Shown here: in pieces, positions 15,170-28,049 of the stretch | Layout of the letters: each line of letters opens with the position of its first letter | Numbering within the stretch: the first letter of the stretch is position 1 | Source of the DNA: the human T2T-CHM13v2.0 reference genome, Homo sapiens | Strand: one strand, 5' to 3' | DNA: 64,000 bases | Assembly (NCBI RefSeq): GCF_009914755.1 | Contig: NC_060947.1 | The notes under the pieces: model-generated | The model's input: the letters and a program-made list of their open reading frames with translations, nothing else | The model's database searches: none | Told to the model about the DNA's origin: nothing | Translations under genes and position numbers: made by a program

Positions 15170-16809
15170 TCATCAAGAAAACATATTGGGTTTTGTGTTG
15201 TATTCAGAACAGAAATAGCTGAGAGCAAAAAGGCATTTCCAGAAGTATTCCCAGCTATCAAGTTCCCTAATGTGTAAAATTCAAAATTTCTCAGCAATAT
15301 TAGAGGGAGTGCTTGCAAATATTAAAGATGTATTACTCTAATCACTAATAGTATATAGTTTACCTAACTATCCCTCCTTTGAAGACTACCTGGGTTATTC
15401 AAGTTAATGTGGCACAGGAAGAGCCAAAAGTCAATGTGAATAAAACAATGATAGTTTTATTTTGCCAGCAAGGCAAGTCCACAAATAATCTAGTGTATCT
15501 GTGACATATACTTGTATACGAAAACTCTTTTCCTCTGTTTTTGCTTCCCAGCTTTGTCTTCATTTGTTTTTAATGGAATCAGGCAAATTTACAGATGGTA
15601 AATCATAAAAATAATTTTAATAAATGATTGAGTGGTTTATTGTCTCTCACAAATCACTTCATTCCCTGAAACTAAGACTGAAAATATCCACAACTAAGGA
15701 AAGTTTTGGAAGAAATTTCAGGCAAACAAGTAATATTTTTTTCACTTCAATGATGTCATACACTTCCATTGAAAATACAGAAAGAGGAAATTGAGACAAT
15801 GTCTGGGTGTGCAGTGTGAATGCTAGAATGAAAGTGTAAGGGTTGGTGTTTGTTGCCCAAGTCATGGTAGGGATATGAATGGTGTGGTATATTAGGGATG
15901 GAACTGAAGAAATTGGGAGTTTAAAAATAGTGCTAATCCTGTGCCAGAAGAGAAAGTTCTAATTGCTTCCTGAATGTAAATATCTTGGAGGCAAAGAGGA
16001 CATTAACTGTGATAAAGGGTAAACACCAGAAGAGTGTGGGGTATCGGGAAGAAAAAGTGCATAGTTTTCCAGCTCTAAAATAAGTCTTTCCAACATATTG
16101 AAACTACACTTTATAATCTCCTTGAGAGAAAGGAATATGCCACATTATCTTGGATTTAGAATACTTTCTAAATACCCTTTTTATATACATTAAATACTCC
16201 TATGCAATTTCTAGATAGGCTGATAATTAGGAGTGCTTGATGTATATCAGTCATCCAGGTATGGATCAAACTAGTGAGAAAATATGCAAATATTTTAACA
16301 TATTTGTAAAATTTTTATTTTGGTATTTTTAAAATTATAAATTATAAAGAAGGCATGTGACTATTCAAAACCATGGATTAAAGGTACCATCTGACATTTT
16401 AAAAGCATATGTAAAATCAAATCCACTAGAGCTTTACTGTCCTTAAAATCCATGCCCTGAATTGACAAAAATAGAGGACACTATTTCATAATAAGGTCCT
16501 TTTGATAACTTTATTACCTACATTCCTCAAAATGGCATTCCTGATTGCCTAGAATATAGAGAATACCAGTAAACAATGTTTACAGTGAGATTCTAATACA
16601 TAAATATGATCTATTCTATGACTATTTTGGAGTCTAAAAAGCTTTTTGAAATACCAAGCTATCCATAGAAACACTCAAATACTTTTCACTTACATAAAAT
16701 TACTCATTGCATCTTATTTAATATCTCCAAATGCAAAATTTTGGAGGTCTTTTCCCCTCCATTTAGTTTCTTTTGTGTTTGCAGTTGAAATCTACACGAT
16801 TTCTTCCAT

Positions 16810-16880
16810 TCTCTCTCTCTCTCTCTCTTTATATATATATACACACACATATATATGTACACATATATACATATGTATAT
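16810..16880. repeat. Compound (CT)n(TA)n(CA)n microsatellite
   Basis: Direct inspection. Confidence 0.9.
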
Positions 16881-18251
16881 TTGCTTTCTGAGATACAAAC
16901 TAATCGAAGACATTTATCTCTTGAAAAACCAGATTAAGAGTAGCAATAGCAGATAAAAATTAAAATATTCACTGGTTAATCAAGTTTTCTCATAATCCTG
17001 AAAGCACTGGACAGAGTATTGTTTGTGAAGGTATTCTGAATACTAATTTAGTACACTATTTGCATTCAAGTAGAGAATATTTGAAAAACCACAGCATTAT
17101 CTAGGAATCTATGGAAATTTGAAGAAGTTTCAGGCCTTGCTCAGATTATCTCTGACCTGCAAACATAGACTCTTTCTCTCTCATATTCAGTAATTCTAAC
17201 AGTTATGTTTATAATTAAAAAATAAAAATGTACTCAAAATTCTTTTCAACTCATATTCAGCTTATAGGCTGGAGATTGATTTTAAAGAAACTGGACATTG
17301 TTTTTGCGTGTTAGAGCAATTTGAGAAAATATTGATTTCACTTTATAAGGCTTGAATGCTTGTATATATGACTCAGAATTGGACACCAAGGTTCCTAGCA
17401 TTTAAAATTTTCTATTCTCCTTTGTTTATGTTCCAGTTATTGAAATATTCTTAATGTAGGTTATTTTATACTTCTATTCTCCTTTATGTTCCAGTTATTG
17501 AAATATTCTTAATTTATGTTACTTTGTATTTAACATTTCCATGCTTATATTGCTTTATTGTCACTAGTGTGGATGAAAAGAGTCAAAGTGTAAAATATTT
17601 GAAGAGATTTATTCTGAACCAAATATGAGTGACCATGGCCCATGACACAGCCCTCAGGAGGTCCTGAGAACACATGCCCAAGGTGGTCAGGGTGAAGCTT
17701 AGTTTTATACATTTTAGGGAGGCATGAGATATCAATCAAGTACATTTAAGAAATACATTGGTTTGGTTCAGAAAGGCAGGACAGCTCAAAGCAGGGGGGC
17801 TTCTAGGCTATAGATGAATTTAAACATTTTTTGTTTGACAATTGGCTGAGTTTGTCTAAGGACCTGGTATCAATAAAAAGAAAATGTCTAGGTTAAGATA
17901 AAAGGTTGTGGAGACCAAAGTTTTGTCGTGCAGATGAAGCCTCCAGGTACCAGGCTTCAGAGAGAATAGGCTGTAAAATGATTCTTATCAGACTTAAAGT
18001 CTGTGTTGACCTTAATGCCAGAGAGGCATAATGAGGCATGTTTGACCCCTACTTCCCATGATGGCCTAAAACAGTCCCTCAGATTAAATTTTAAGAGCCC
18101 TGGCTGACGAGGAAATCCATCAGCATTGTTAGGGGGAGGTTAGAATTTTATTTTTGGTTTATGTCTTCCCCTTTCTGGCCAAGATTTGCCAGAGGCAACA
18201 TCAAAGGCCAGCAAATTTTTATTTTGTCTCATAGCATTGCCAGGGTGGCAC

Positions 18252-19799
18252 TGTGTCCGGAATTGGTGGGTTCTTGGTCTCACTGACTTCAAGAATGAAG
18301 CCGCGGACCCTCGCGGTGAGTGTTACAGCTCTTAAGGTGGCGCGTCTGGAGTTTGTTCCTTCTGATGTTCGGATGTGTTCGGAGTTTCTTCCTTCTGGTG
18401 GGTTTGTGGTCTCGCTGGCTCAGGAGTGAAGCTGCAGACCTTCGCGGTGAATGTTACAGCTCTTAAGGCGGCGCGTCTGGAGTTGTTCGTTCCTCTCGGT
18501 GGGTTCGTGGTCTCACTGGCTTCAGGATTGAAGCTGCAGACCTTTGCAGTGAGTGCTACAGCTCATAAAGGCAGTGTGGACCCAAAGACTGAACAGCAGC
18601 AAGATTTATTGCAAAGAGCGAAAGAACAAAGCTTCCACAGTGCGGAAGGGGACCCGAGCAGGTTGCCACTGCTGGCTCCCGCAGCCTGCTTTTATTCTCT
18701 TATCTGGCCCCACTCACATCCTGCTCATTGGTAGAGCCCAGTGGTCTGTTTTGACAGGGCGCTGATTGGTGCATTTACAATCCCTGAGCTAGACACAAAG
18801 GTTCTCCACCTCCCCACCAGATTAGCTAGATACAGAGTGTGGACACAAAGGTTCTCCAAGTCCCCACCAGAGTAGCTAGATACAGAGTGTCAACTGGTGT
18901 ATTTACAAACCCTGAGCTAGACACAGGGTGCTGATTGGTGTGTTTACAAACCTTGAGCTAGAGACAGAGTGCCAATTGATGTATTTACAATCCCTTAGCT
19001 AGACACAAAGGTTCTCCAAGTCCCCACCAGAGTAGCTAGATACAGAGTGTCAACCGGTGTATTTACAAACCCTGAGCTAGACACAGGGTGCTGATTGGTG
19101 TGTTTACAAACCTTGAGCTAGAGACAGAGTGCCAATTGGTGTATTTACAATCCCTTAGCTAGACACAAAGGTTCTCCAAGTCCCCATCAGACTCAGAAGC
19201 CCAGTTGGCTTCACCCAGTGGATCCTGCAACGGGCCGCAGGTGGAGCTGCCTGCCAGTCCCGCGCCATGCACCCTCACTCCTCAGCCCTTGGGTGGTCGA
19301 TGGGACTGGGTGCTGTGGAGCAGGGGATGGCGCTCCTCGGGGAGGCTTGGGCAGCAAAGGAGCCCACGGAGTGGGGGGTGGGAGGCTCAGGCATGGCGGG
19401 CTGCAGGTCCCAAGCCCTGCCCCATGGGAAGGCAGCTAAGGCCCGGTGAGAAATTCAGCACAGCAGCTGCTGGCCTAGGTGCTAAGCCCCTCACTGCCTG
19501 GCCGCGCAGGGCCACCTGGCTGCTCCAAGGGCGGGGCCCGCCAAGCCCACACCCACCTGGAACTACCGCTGGCCCGCCAGCAGCCCACGCAGCCCTGGTT
19601 CCCGCCCGCACCTCTCCCTCCACACCTGCCCGCAAGCTGAGGGAGCCGGCTCCGGCCTCAGCCAGCCCATGAAGGGGCTCCCACAGTGCAGCGGCGGGCT
19701 GAAGGGCTCCTCAAGTGCCGCCAAAGTGGGAGCCCAGGCAGAGGAGGCGCCGAGAGCAAGCGAGGGCTGCGAGGACTGCCAGCACGCTGTCACCTCTCA
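18252..19799 (-). mobile_element. LTR12C-type (ERV9) solo LTR, left-arm-specific
   Basis: The - strand starts TGAGAGGTGACAGCGTGCTGGCAG and ends CCAATTCCGGACACA. It carries a tandem CCAAT-containing array at ~18760-19190 and TSD GCAC/GCAT. Empty site at ~35913. Confidence 0.95.
18680..19190 (-). promoter_or_regulatory. LTR12 U3 CCAAT (NF-Y) repeat array and AATAAAA TATA-like box, oriented leftwards
   Basis: Repeated CTGATTGGTG units and TTTTATTCTC at ~18690. ERV9 LTR promoter architecture is established; activity of this copy is unknown. Confidence 0.55.
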
Positions 19800-22700
19800 G
19801 CATGGCTGCCTGCCCTGGGTCTATCCTGTCCCTTGGTGGGGCTCCCTGAGGCATAGGGCCTTAAGAGTCAAAACACTTACAGCCAATTAACTGTTCTAGG
19901 CCAGATAGGAATAGATGTGGACAGGCATTCATTACCTCTTCAAGTTATTATTTTAAGTAAAAAGCCAACAAACAAAACAAAAAGGCAAATTTATAAGACT
20001 GATTTATTTTTAACTTCTATGTGTTGAGATACTGTAAGCTTGTTTTTTGTTACAGGCTTATAGCAATTAGCTATACAAAACAAAAGCATTGTTCTAAAAA
20101 TAATTTAAAATATGTGTATATATCTCTGTATATCTATATTTATCTTCACAACTCATGACTGGGAGTATTATATCCAGGAGGCTTTGTTACAAGGTATCTA
20201 TATTCTGTTAGTAAATATTTTCCTTTAATTCTATTGTAAGCAGAAAACACTCTATAGTTGGGGTGGATGAAAAGTGACACATAATCATTTAGAAGGCAAC
20301 TAAAGGTGCTTTACCAGTTGTTTAGGCATCTTTGTACCCCTTCTTGATTTGGAGGTTTGATCTTGACCTAATTTTATCGCTCGTAACTGGTCCTTATTAT
20401 CTTATGGGCCCACCTTCTCTGCAACAGTCCCTGAGCCTAGAGGGAGGGTGCTTGTATAGTTTTAGAAGCAGAGCTTTCTCAGTGAAAAGGATTCCAGCCC
20501 AGTGGGACGCCAGATGAAGGAGATTCATATCTCTGGTCTTCAAAATGCCATGATTTTTGTTTCCTTGGAAGTAAAACAAGGAGAGATAAATAACAAATGT
20601 TTGACAATTATTTGGCAATTATAAGAGGAATTTTTGTGTCAGAACAGAAAAAGAAACCTATTCCATCAGGGCATCAACTAAAAATATGAAGAAAAATATG
20701 ATCTGGTACTCTCTGGAGGATTATTGTAGCCAAGAAATAATGATTCAATCTGCACTCAAACAAAAAAGTTAGGGCTGAAATCTAGTATTAAATGCCACAT
20801 TTTCCTTAGAAACAATCTCTCTAGCTGCTTTTTTTCCATTAAAGAGAAATTATGGCAGGTCTGATTATTTGCATAAAATGCAGCAAGAATTGATTGGCCA
20901 CACAGACTCCTTTTAAGTTGGCAAAAAATAAACTATTTTAGATTAAGTCTTGTTAAAGCAACTAGGGCCTCCAATTGTTTGTTTTAAAACTCTTATTGAA
21001 CTTATGCAAACAGTTATATTGTCAAAAAATTACTGTCTGAATTTTGGAGAACTCAGAAAGGCAAATTTGCTTACAAATACATGCTTTACGCAAAAAAACT
21101 TAAAAGAAAAAGATATTCTTGACCCTTCTTTAACCAGACCAGCGGCTATTAAACAAGATGTTTGTTTACCTTGGAAATACCATTTACAAACTAAACAGCT
21201 CATGAGCACTATCAGGTACTGTAGAATTTAGAAGCTCCTCATAATTAGTCCTAGAAAAGAGGCTCTCTGCTTATCAGGTAGCAAGATTTTATGTAAACCA
21301 TTTTTATTTTATCATGAAACTCTTTTGGGAAACATTATTTCATTAGCCTAGGGGTAGCTTCCGTTCACATTCCATCACAAAGCAGTAAATGCTCCTTGTA
21401 GTGGAAGTTCTCTAGTTCAGTCATTGTCATTGAAAAGTACTCACCGTTTTTTTGCCATTATCCCTGATAAATGCTCCACACAAAGGACTGTGCAGTGGAG
21501 GATCTGTCCTGATTAGCACTCCAGCTTCTACCCTATACTTTGTGGGCTGAGGCGATTTTACTAGTTCCCATTTAGCATGTCCAATTAACATTTCCTAAAA
21601 GAGTAGATTTACATGCTTTCAGTTTCATAGTACTAGAAAGAGGAAATATCCCCAGTCAGATGCAGTAGCTCTTTTCATAAGATATTTAAGTAAAGGAGTT
21701 AAAACTAGCTTACATAAAGCTTGTTTCAACATCTTACATTTTATAATTCTATTAACCTGTATGTTTATATGTTCTGGTCCCAGGGACCCTTTCTTACCCC
21801 CAGATCATTTTACCTTTTCTGGTGAAAGGGTTTGGGGTCCCAGTAGGGAGTTGCATCTGTAAGACCTATGAGGGACAGCAAATTTGGTAAGCCTTCTTAA
21901 ACAGTCCTATGATTCTGTAGGAGGGGCACTCCTCTGAAAGGGGCCCCCTTAGCCCCCAAATGTACTATGACCTGGGTAACAGGCATATTTGGTGGGAGGA
22001 TATTCCAGTTATCATAAAGCCAGTTATCAAAAGTAACCCAAATTTCCAGTGAAAAATAACCGGAGGGTTTAACATGACTTTCAGATTTTAAATTACTGGA
22101 GAGTTTTGAGATTAAATTTACCAAATTAAATTTACCAAAGATTACCAAGGTCATGTGAATTAAAAGGCATCCAAGCTAGCTTCTACCAATCTGATTAGCA
22201 CCTTCTTAAGTAAGTTACTTGATTAGAGCTCTTTCATATAGTTTAGTGGTGAAATATCAGTTTCACATGACATATATAAAGATAGACATGTAACTGGCAT
22301 ACAGAATAAAAAGCCAGGCCCAAAAGATAGTTTATTATTTGCCTGTTTTCACAAAAAAAAAAACCTCCCTTACTTTAGATAATTAATAAAAGTTACAGGA
22401 ACCAGCAAAAGGTGAAGGAGAGACCTATCCTTCAAGGCCTTTTCAAGAGAAAGAGTTGAACCTCTGCAATATCAATCTGAAGAATGTTAAAGAAACAGAT
22501 TATAGAATTTAAAAAATGTAAAACTTCTTGTATTAAAAGTAAGGCAACATTTGGAATAAAATCTTGTTTTAACCAGTTATTTGGTTTTGTATTAGTGTAT
22601 TGTTTTAATATCAAAGACCCATCTTTAGAAAGACTCTTATTTCTTCTTAATCACAGCCAACTGAATTATACAACTGCTTTAAATATTCCTTTTTACTATC

Positions 22701-23044
22701 TTTATTATGACTTACATAGACCATTCACAAGATGTGTAGACTTTCTGTTTGTTCCTAAATATCCCTCTTTCTTGAATAACCTAGTCATTTACTTTAGGAC
22801 AAAAATTCACCACACAAGATTCTTTCTCATGTAAAATTGCTTTCCTTTCTATCTTCTTTACCAAAAGTACCTCTTTATATCTTTAACTTTCTTTACATCT
22901 CTTATTTCCTGATTCCTTTACCATGTTTTATATGTAAACTTAAAATAAGCTTCGAATTAGACAAAGATATTTTACCTTTTAATAAGAACTTCTTTTTAAA
23001 AAAATGTTTTTTTGTAATTTTTAAATGGGAAATTACCCAGATAC

Positions 23045-23858
23045 TGATACAGGCAACAGGCAAGGAAATATTGCGTAGAAGACGGCAGTTCCCTGACAAG
23101 GCCACACCCTTAAGCCTGGAAGCCTGCAGCTCTAAATGGGAACAGGCATTCCTGTTTTAGTGCCCAGATGTTGCCTTTTGGTCAGCCACACCCCCCATCC
23201 TGTACCCATATAAACCCCAAACCCAAGGCTCCACAAGCGGAAGAGCAGAAGAGTGGCAGAGTGTCAACATGGCTGAGTAGTGTGGCAGAGAAAGAGAGAA
23301 GAGAACAAGCATCTGAACGTTGAGAGTAGTTCAGCTGGGGACAGTCGGGAGGAGATTGTCTGCAGGACAGCAAAACTCCAGGGAAGGATCATCTTCCCCC
23401 TCCATCCCCTTTCCAGCTCTCCATCTATTCCACTGAGAGCCATTTCCATCACTCAATAAAATCCCCACATTAGCATTCTTCATGTCCAACTGACCTGATT
23501 CCTCCTGGATGCCGACAAGAACCTGGGTACCAAAAGGGCAGGGAATAAAAGGCTGCCACACTGACCCTCCACTGAGCTGGTTTAACACTCAGCCATCCAC
23601 AGACAGCAGAGGTAAAAGAACACTGTAACATGCCCACTGGGGCTTTGGAAGTCGCAGGCACCCCCTGCTCCAGATGCTGCCATGGGGCCTTCATGGAGTT
23701 TGCTTCTGCCAGGACCCAAATGCACTTGCTCTGGCTCCTGCACCTGCCCATCTGTGTGCTTCCCCTCCCATAAAAGGTTCAAACATGAGGCAACAAAGCA
23801 AGGGAGCCACACCTCTGACACAAGTCCTGTGAAGGGGTCAGGGAACTCTCCCACTTCA
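23045..23858 (+). mobile_element. LTR1-family solo LTR nested in MER4-int (partial mirror 31167-31599)
   Basis: TGATACAGG...ggaaatatt...GGGAACTCTCCCACTTCA with 4-bp TSD ATAC/GTAC. Confidence 0.8.
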
Positions 23859-24771
23859 GTACTTAATATCAATTAACCTGAGACCCTAAATTATGATGTT
23901 TGTTTACCAGAATTTATTCCATTACCTTTCCCTGATTAATAGTTTACCTAGATTATTTACTAAAACTGTGACAGTTAATTTTAAAGTTATTTTCCTATTA
24001 ACCATTTTTTATCTCTGTGAATTTCAGGTATTTACTTAAGAAACTTAAGGTTAAATATAAGGGAATTTTTTTTTTTACCAATAACTCAGGAGTTAGCTGT
24101 TTTCATTAAACCAACAATATTCCATGTCTTATTTGTTAAAATTACACAAGCAAAGGTCATTCTGTCTTGGGCTGGGTTTCATACTTTTATAACTCTTATG
24201 GCAAATCTTACAGTATTCTGCAGGTATAAGCACAAAACCACTTGATCAATAAATACAAAAAAGTCAACAATTCTTAAGATATTGTTAATATTATTTTTAC
24301 CAGTAATTTAAAAGCCAGCTTATTTAAGAGTTTGCTCAAGTCATGTGAACTTGAAAAAGTGTTTGACTAGTTTTTTTAAAGTATTTGATTTAAGCACTTT
24401 TATTTATCTATTAAGCCAGTTAATTCGAGCTCTTTTACACATTTTTAGTTGTGAAACATTGTGTACACAACACATAAATACATAGACATATTAGACATGC
24501 TGATAGAAATACACCTTACAGATCCTTAAGACCTCTTTTCTTTCCTATCTTAGACTTTCAAATTCTTGATAACCTGTTTCATCACCCTAGGCAGTTGTCA
24601 GCTAAAGAGCCCTAAATTTGCATATTAAAGAAACAACTGAGGTGAAAATCAGATAGCAAAATTTACATCATAAGGTATGAAGAGAAAAAATCTGGTGTGC
24701 TAGAGGGAAATTAAAAGGGGTTTAACTGCCAATTAAACATAAATTATATAATTTATAAAGGTGTTTTAAAT

Positions 24772-24838
24772 ATACACACTCGTGCGCACGCATGTGCGCT
24801 CGCGCACGCACACGCGCACACACACACACACACACACA
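24772..24838. repeat. Alternating purine-pyrimidine (CG/CA)n tract
   Basis: cgtgcgcacgcatgtgcgctcgcgcacgcacacgcgcacacacacaca... Confidence 0.9.
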
Positions 24839-27800
24839 GAGATCCTATAGCTTTTACTTCAGAATTTTAGCCATGACATAAATACAAATTCACCGGCTTG
24901 TCAAAAAAAAGAAAAAAAAAAAACTGTGAGATCCAAACAGTGATTTTTATCTCGGTAGAAGAGTAACAGCAGATTTAAAGCAGGCAAAAAAGAAAATAGA
25001 GAAAAAGAGAACTTAGGAACTCTACAGTTTGCAGGTCTACCTTAGGGCTAATTTTCCTTAATGTCTATGTGCACGAAGACCATATTACTTCCATTCTACA
25101 TAAACCCTGGCAAGTAGAGGTGCCATAAAACCTATGGAATGCTCAAAAGTGGGTCATTCTCCTTGTTTTCTCCTCATTCTTAGATTATTAGTTTCCCTTT
25201 TTTTTCTTAAAAGGAGGAACGGAGCTTTGCCCTAGGATTTCTGTGTAGTGGGTTGATGTGTGCTACTTGTGGGCAGGACTCCACAGTGTGCCACCACTGA
25301 GTCATTCCCACCCTCTTACATGTCTCAGTTTCTCTCTCCAGGGGTCTATTACCTCTTCGAAGGCTCAAAATACTGGGTGATTAGCCCTTATATGCATTTC
25401 CTGGAGGAGCCTTTTTAAAAAATAATTTTTAGTTGCAGGTTTTTCTGTAGGGCCACTGCATGTTGTAAGGGTCAATCCCCCAGAAACTCCCATGAGGGCC
25501 CCAGCCACCCAGGGGTGCCTTTCAGCTTGTAGGAGCAAATGCCCTTTCTCTTCAGAAATGAAAAAACTCAGTCTCTCATTTACCTATGAAAACAACAGTT
25601 CAGTTCCTCATGCAAATGTGCACAGACAGGCAGAATCAAGATTAATTGTGGGAGAAAAAGCAATAGAGAAGATCCTTTAGAATGCATCTCCAAACTAGAA
25701 TTAGGATGCTGAAACAACAACTCCTAGAAGGAAAACCAGCTCAGAATAAATCAAGGACCGTCAACCGAAGGGAGGTTCAGGGCTCGGGAGGACTTACCAG
25801 TTTTACCAGAGGAGAAGCTGCAACTTGCGGAGGCTTCAGTGGACCCCTGCTAGTACCATAGCTCTGAGTTGGGCAACTCCTTCAAGGTCCTGAGTCTTCT
25901 CTGAGGCCCCACGTGTTTGCATGCCAAATTGCTGTCGATGAAAAGAGTCAAACTCTTTAAAATATTTGAAGAGATTTATTCTGAGCCAAATATGAGTGAC
26001 CATGGCCCATGACACAGCCCTCAAGAGGTCCCAAGAAGATGTGCCTAAGGTGGTCAGGGTGCAGCTTGGTTTTATACATTGTAGGGAGGCATGAGATGTC
26101 AATCAAACACATTTAAGAAACACATTGGTTTGGTCCAGAAAGGCAGGAAAACTCAAAGCAGTAGGGGCGGAGGGGTGCTTCCAGGCTATAGGTAAATTTA
26201 AACATTTTTTCATTGACAATTGGTTGAGTTTGTCTAAAGACCTGGGATTAACAGAAAGGAAATGTGTGGGTTAAGATAAGAGGTTGTGGAGACCAAAGTT
26301 TTATAACGCAGATGAAGCCTCCAGGTAGCAGGCTTCAGAGAGAATGGGTGGTAAACTGTTTTTTATCAGACTTAAAATTTGTGTTGAAGTTAATGCCAGA
26401 GAGGTATAAGGAGTCATGTTTGACCCCTCTTCCTATCATGGCCTGAAACAGCCTCTCAGGTTAAATTTTAAGAGCCCTGGCTGAGGAGGAAGTCCATTGA
26501 GATGGTTGGGGGAACTTAGAATTTTATTTTTGGTTTACACTAGAATCAAGGACAAGCTCTTGGTTAAGTTAAGAATTTTATGTGTTAGATTCCATCAAGG
26601 TTACATAATACAAGGCAAATTGCCAAGTATAAAATACTCTAAATATTTTACCTTATACATTATCTTTATTGGTTACCCATTGAACAAGTATACTGAATAC
26701 ACTGAGCTAAGGTTCACATTCAAAGATTCAATACACTGGATAAAAAAAGGGGGGGCATTTACCCCTAGTGATCCACTTACATGGATTGGTATGACAGGCA
26801 ACCAGCTTGAAAGAGAAATATTAATGGTTAATTGTGAGGTCAATACATTAATCTTTAGAAAATCTCCTGAATGCTTTTCATAAGCTTACCTCTTTCCAAC
26901 AGTCTACATAATTGCTTTGTATGTATAAAACTCCTGCTCTTGCTTTTAAAATTAAGAGGATTTATGTTCTTTTTGGCTGCTAGAAAACATTTATAAATCT
27001 ATGCTACATTGTTTAAGACCCATTTTTATTCATTTTACAATGATTTTTACTGACTTGAGCAAGAATAAACCAACCTGTAAACATGTTCACACAGCCTATT
27101 TGAACTTTTTATTAGTGAACAGGCAATGTTGGCTAAGTTGTCTAGACTCATTCAGACCTGTATCACTGTTCACATGTTAAGTTTAATTTCCAAGAAGAAA
27201 CTAAAATAAATCACAACTATCTTTTTTGCCTTGTTTTGTAAATTACTGCAAATTTCTAATTCCAAAAAAAGTTACAAAAGAAAATTTCTTCATTGGTAGC
27301 ATGCAGCACCAATTGGAAATGTGAGATATTATATGACACAGTCATGAGAAATCAGAGTGGGAAAATGTCCATGGCTTCAGAAGTGTGTGATTACCATCAT
27401 TATGTCATTACACATGTTAATATCTGGACTTCAATTAGTTGCAGATATAGACACAATACGATGTGTATTTTCAAGCATAGTTCATCATTTCAAAGATATT
27501 TACTAAAGAACTAATATTCTCAACTAGTTTAAGTAGCAGAGGATAAAACATTGAAAAAGCAATGTATATTTTAGAGAGTGATATGAAGCTATAGCATTGA
27601 AATATTAGTTGAACTTCAGTTTTGAAAATTAAGTATTTGGTTATTCTCTGTTTTATCATAGCCTAAAAATTTAACATGAGGCCATAGAAATATAAAGAAT
27701 AAGCCTCTCTATTGTTTACCATAATTTAAATTAAATGCAGATATATTTTAATTTTTTAAAGAGTATTTTTTTCCAGTTAAGCCTTTACTTAATTTGACTT

Positions 27801-28049
27801 TATTATTTGCACTAGAAGTTATATACATGGCTTAGTAAGCATATGAAGCCAATATGTCCCATAAGTGAGGAAATGCCCAGATCTTTTAAGGCCATCAGAA
27901 GGAAGGAACTCACATATCCAGAAAAAAACTACCTGGGCAATCTGCCAGTCTAAATATCTCACATTGTGCTAGCCAAACAACACTGGTGGCTCTTGAGCTG
28001 AGTAACCATATGTTAACTTTGATCTAAATGCTTATAAATGAACATGTAT

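Larger units (their letters stand above)
17568..26539 (-). mobile_element. MER4-family (ERV1) provirus: 5' LTR 25933-26539, non-coding internal region, 3' LTR 17568-18163
   Basis: Two direct LTRs (TGTAAACCAAAAATAAAATTCTAAG start on - strand), 4-bp TSD CTAG (17564-17567, 26540-26543), and polypurine tract AGAAAGGGGAAGA next to the 3' LTR. Confidence 0.9.

Noticed and set aside
18760-19190. Regularly spaced short repeats, superficially CRISPR-like
   Set aside because: This is the LTR12 tandem array without unique spacers, in primate DNA with no cas genes.
19205-19890. GC/CpG-rich region with Pro/Ala-rich ORFs resembling a CpG-island first exon
   Set aside because: It is the U3 region of LTR12C.
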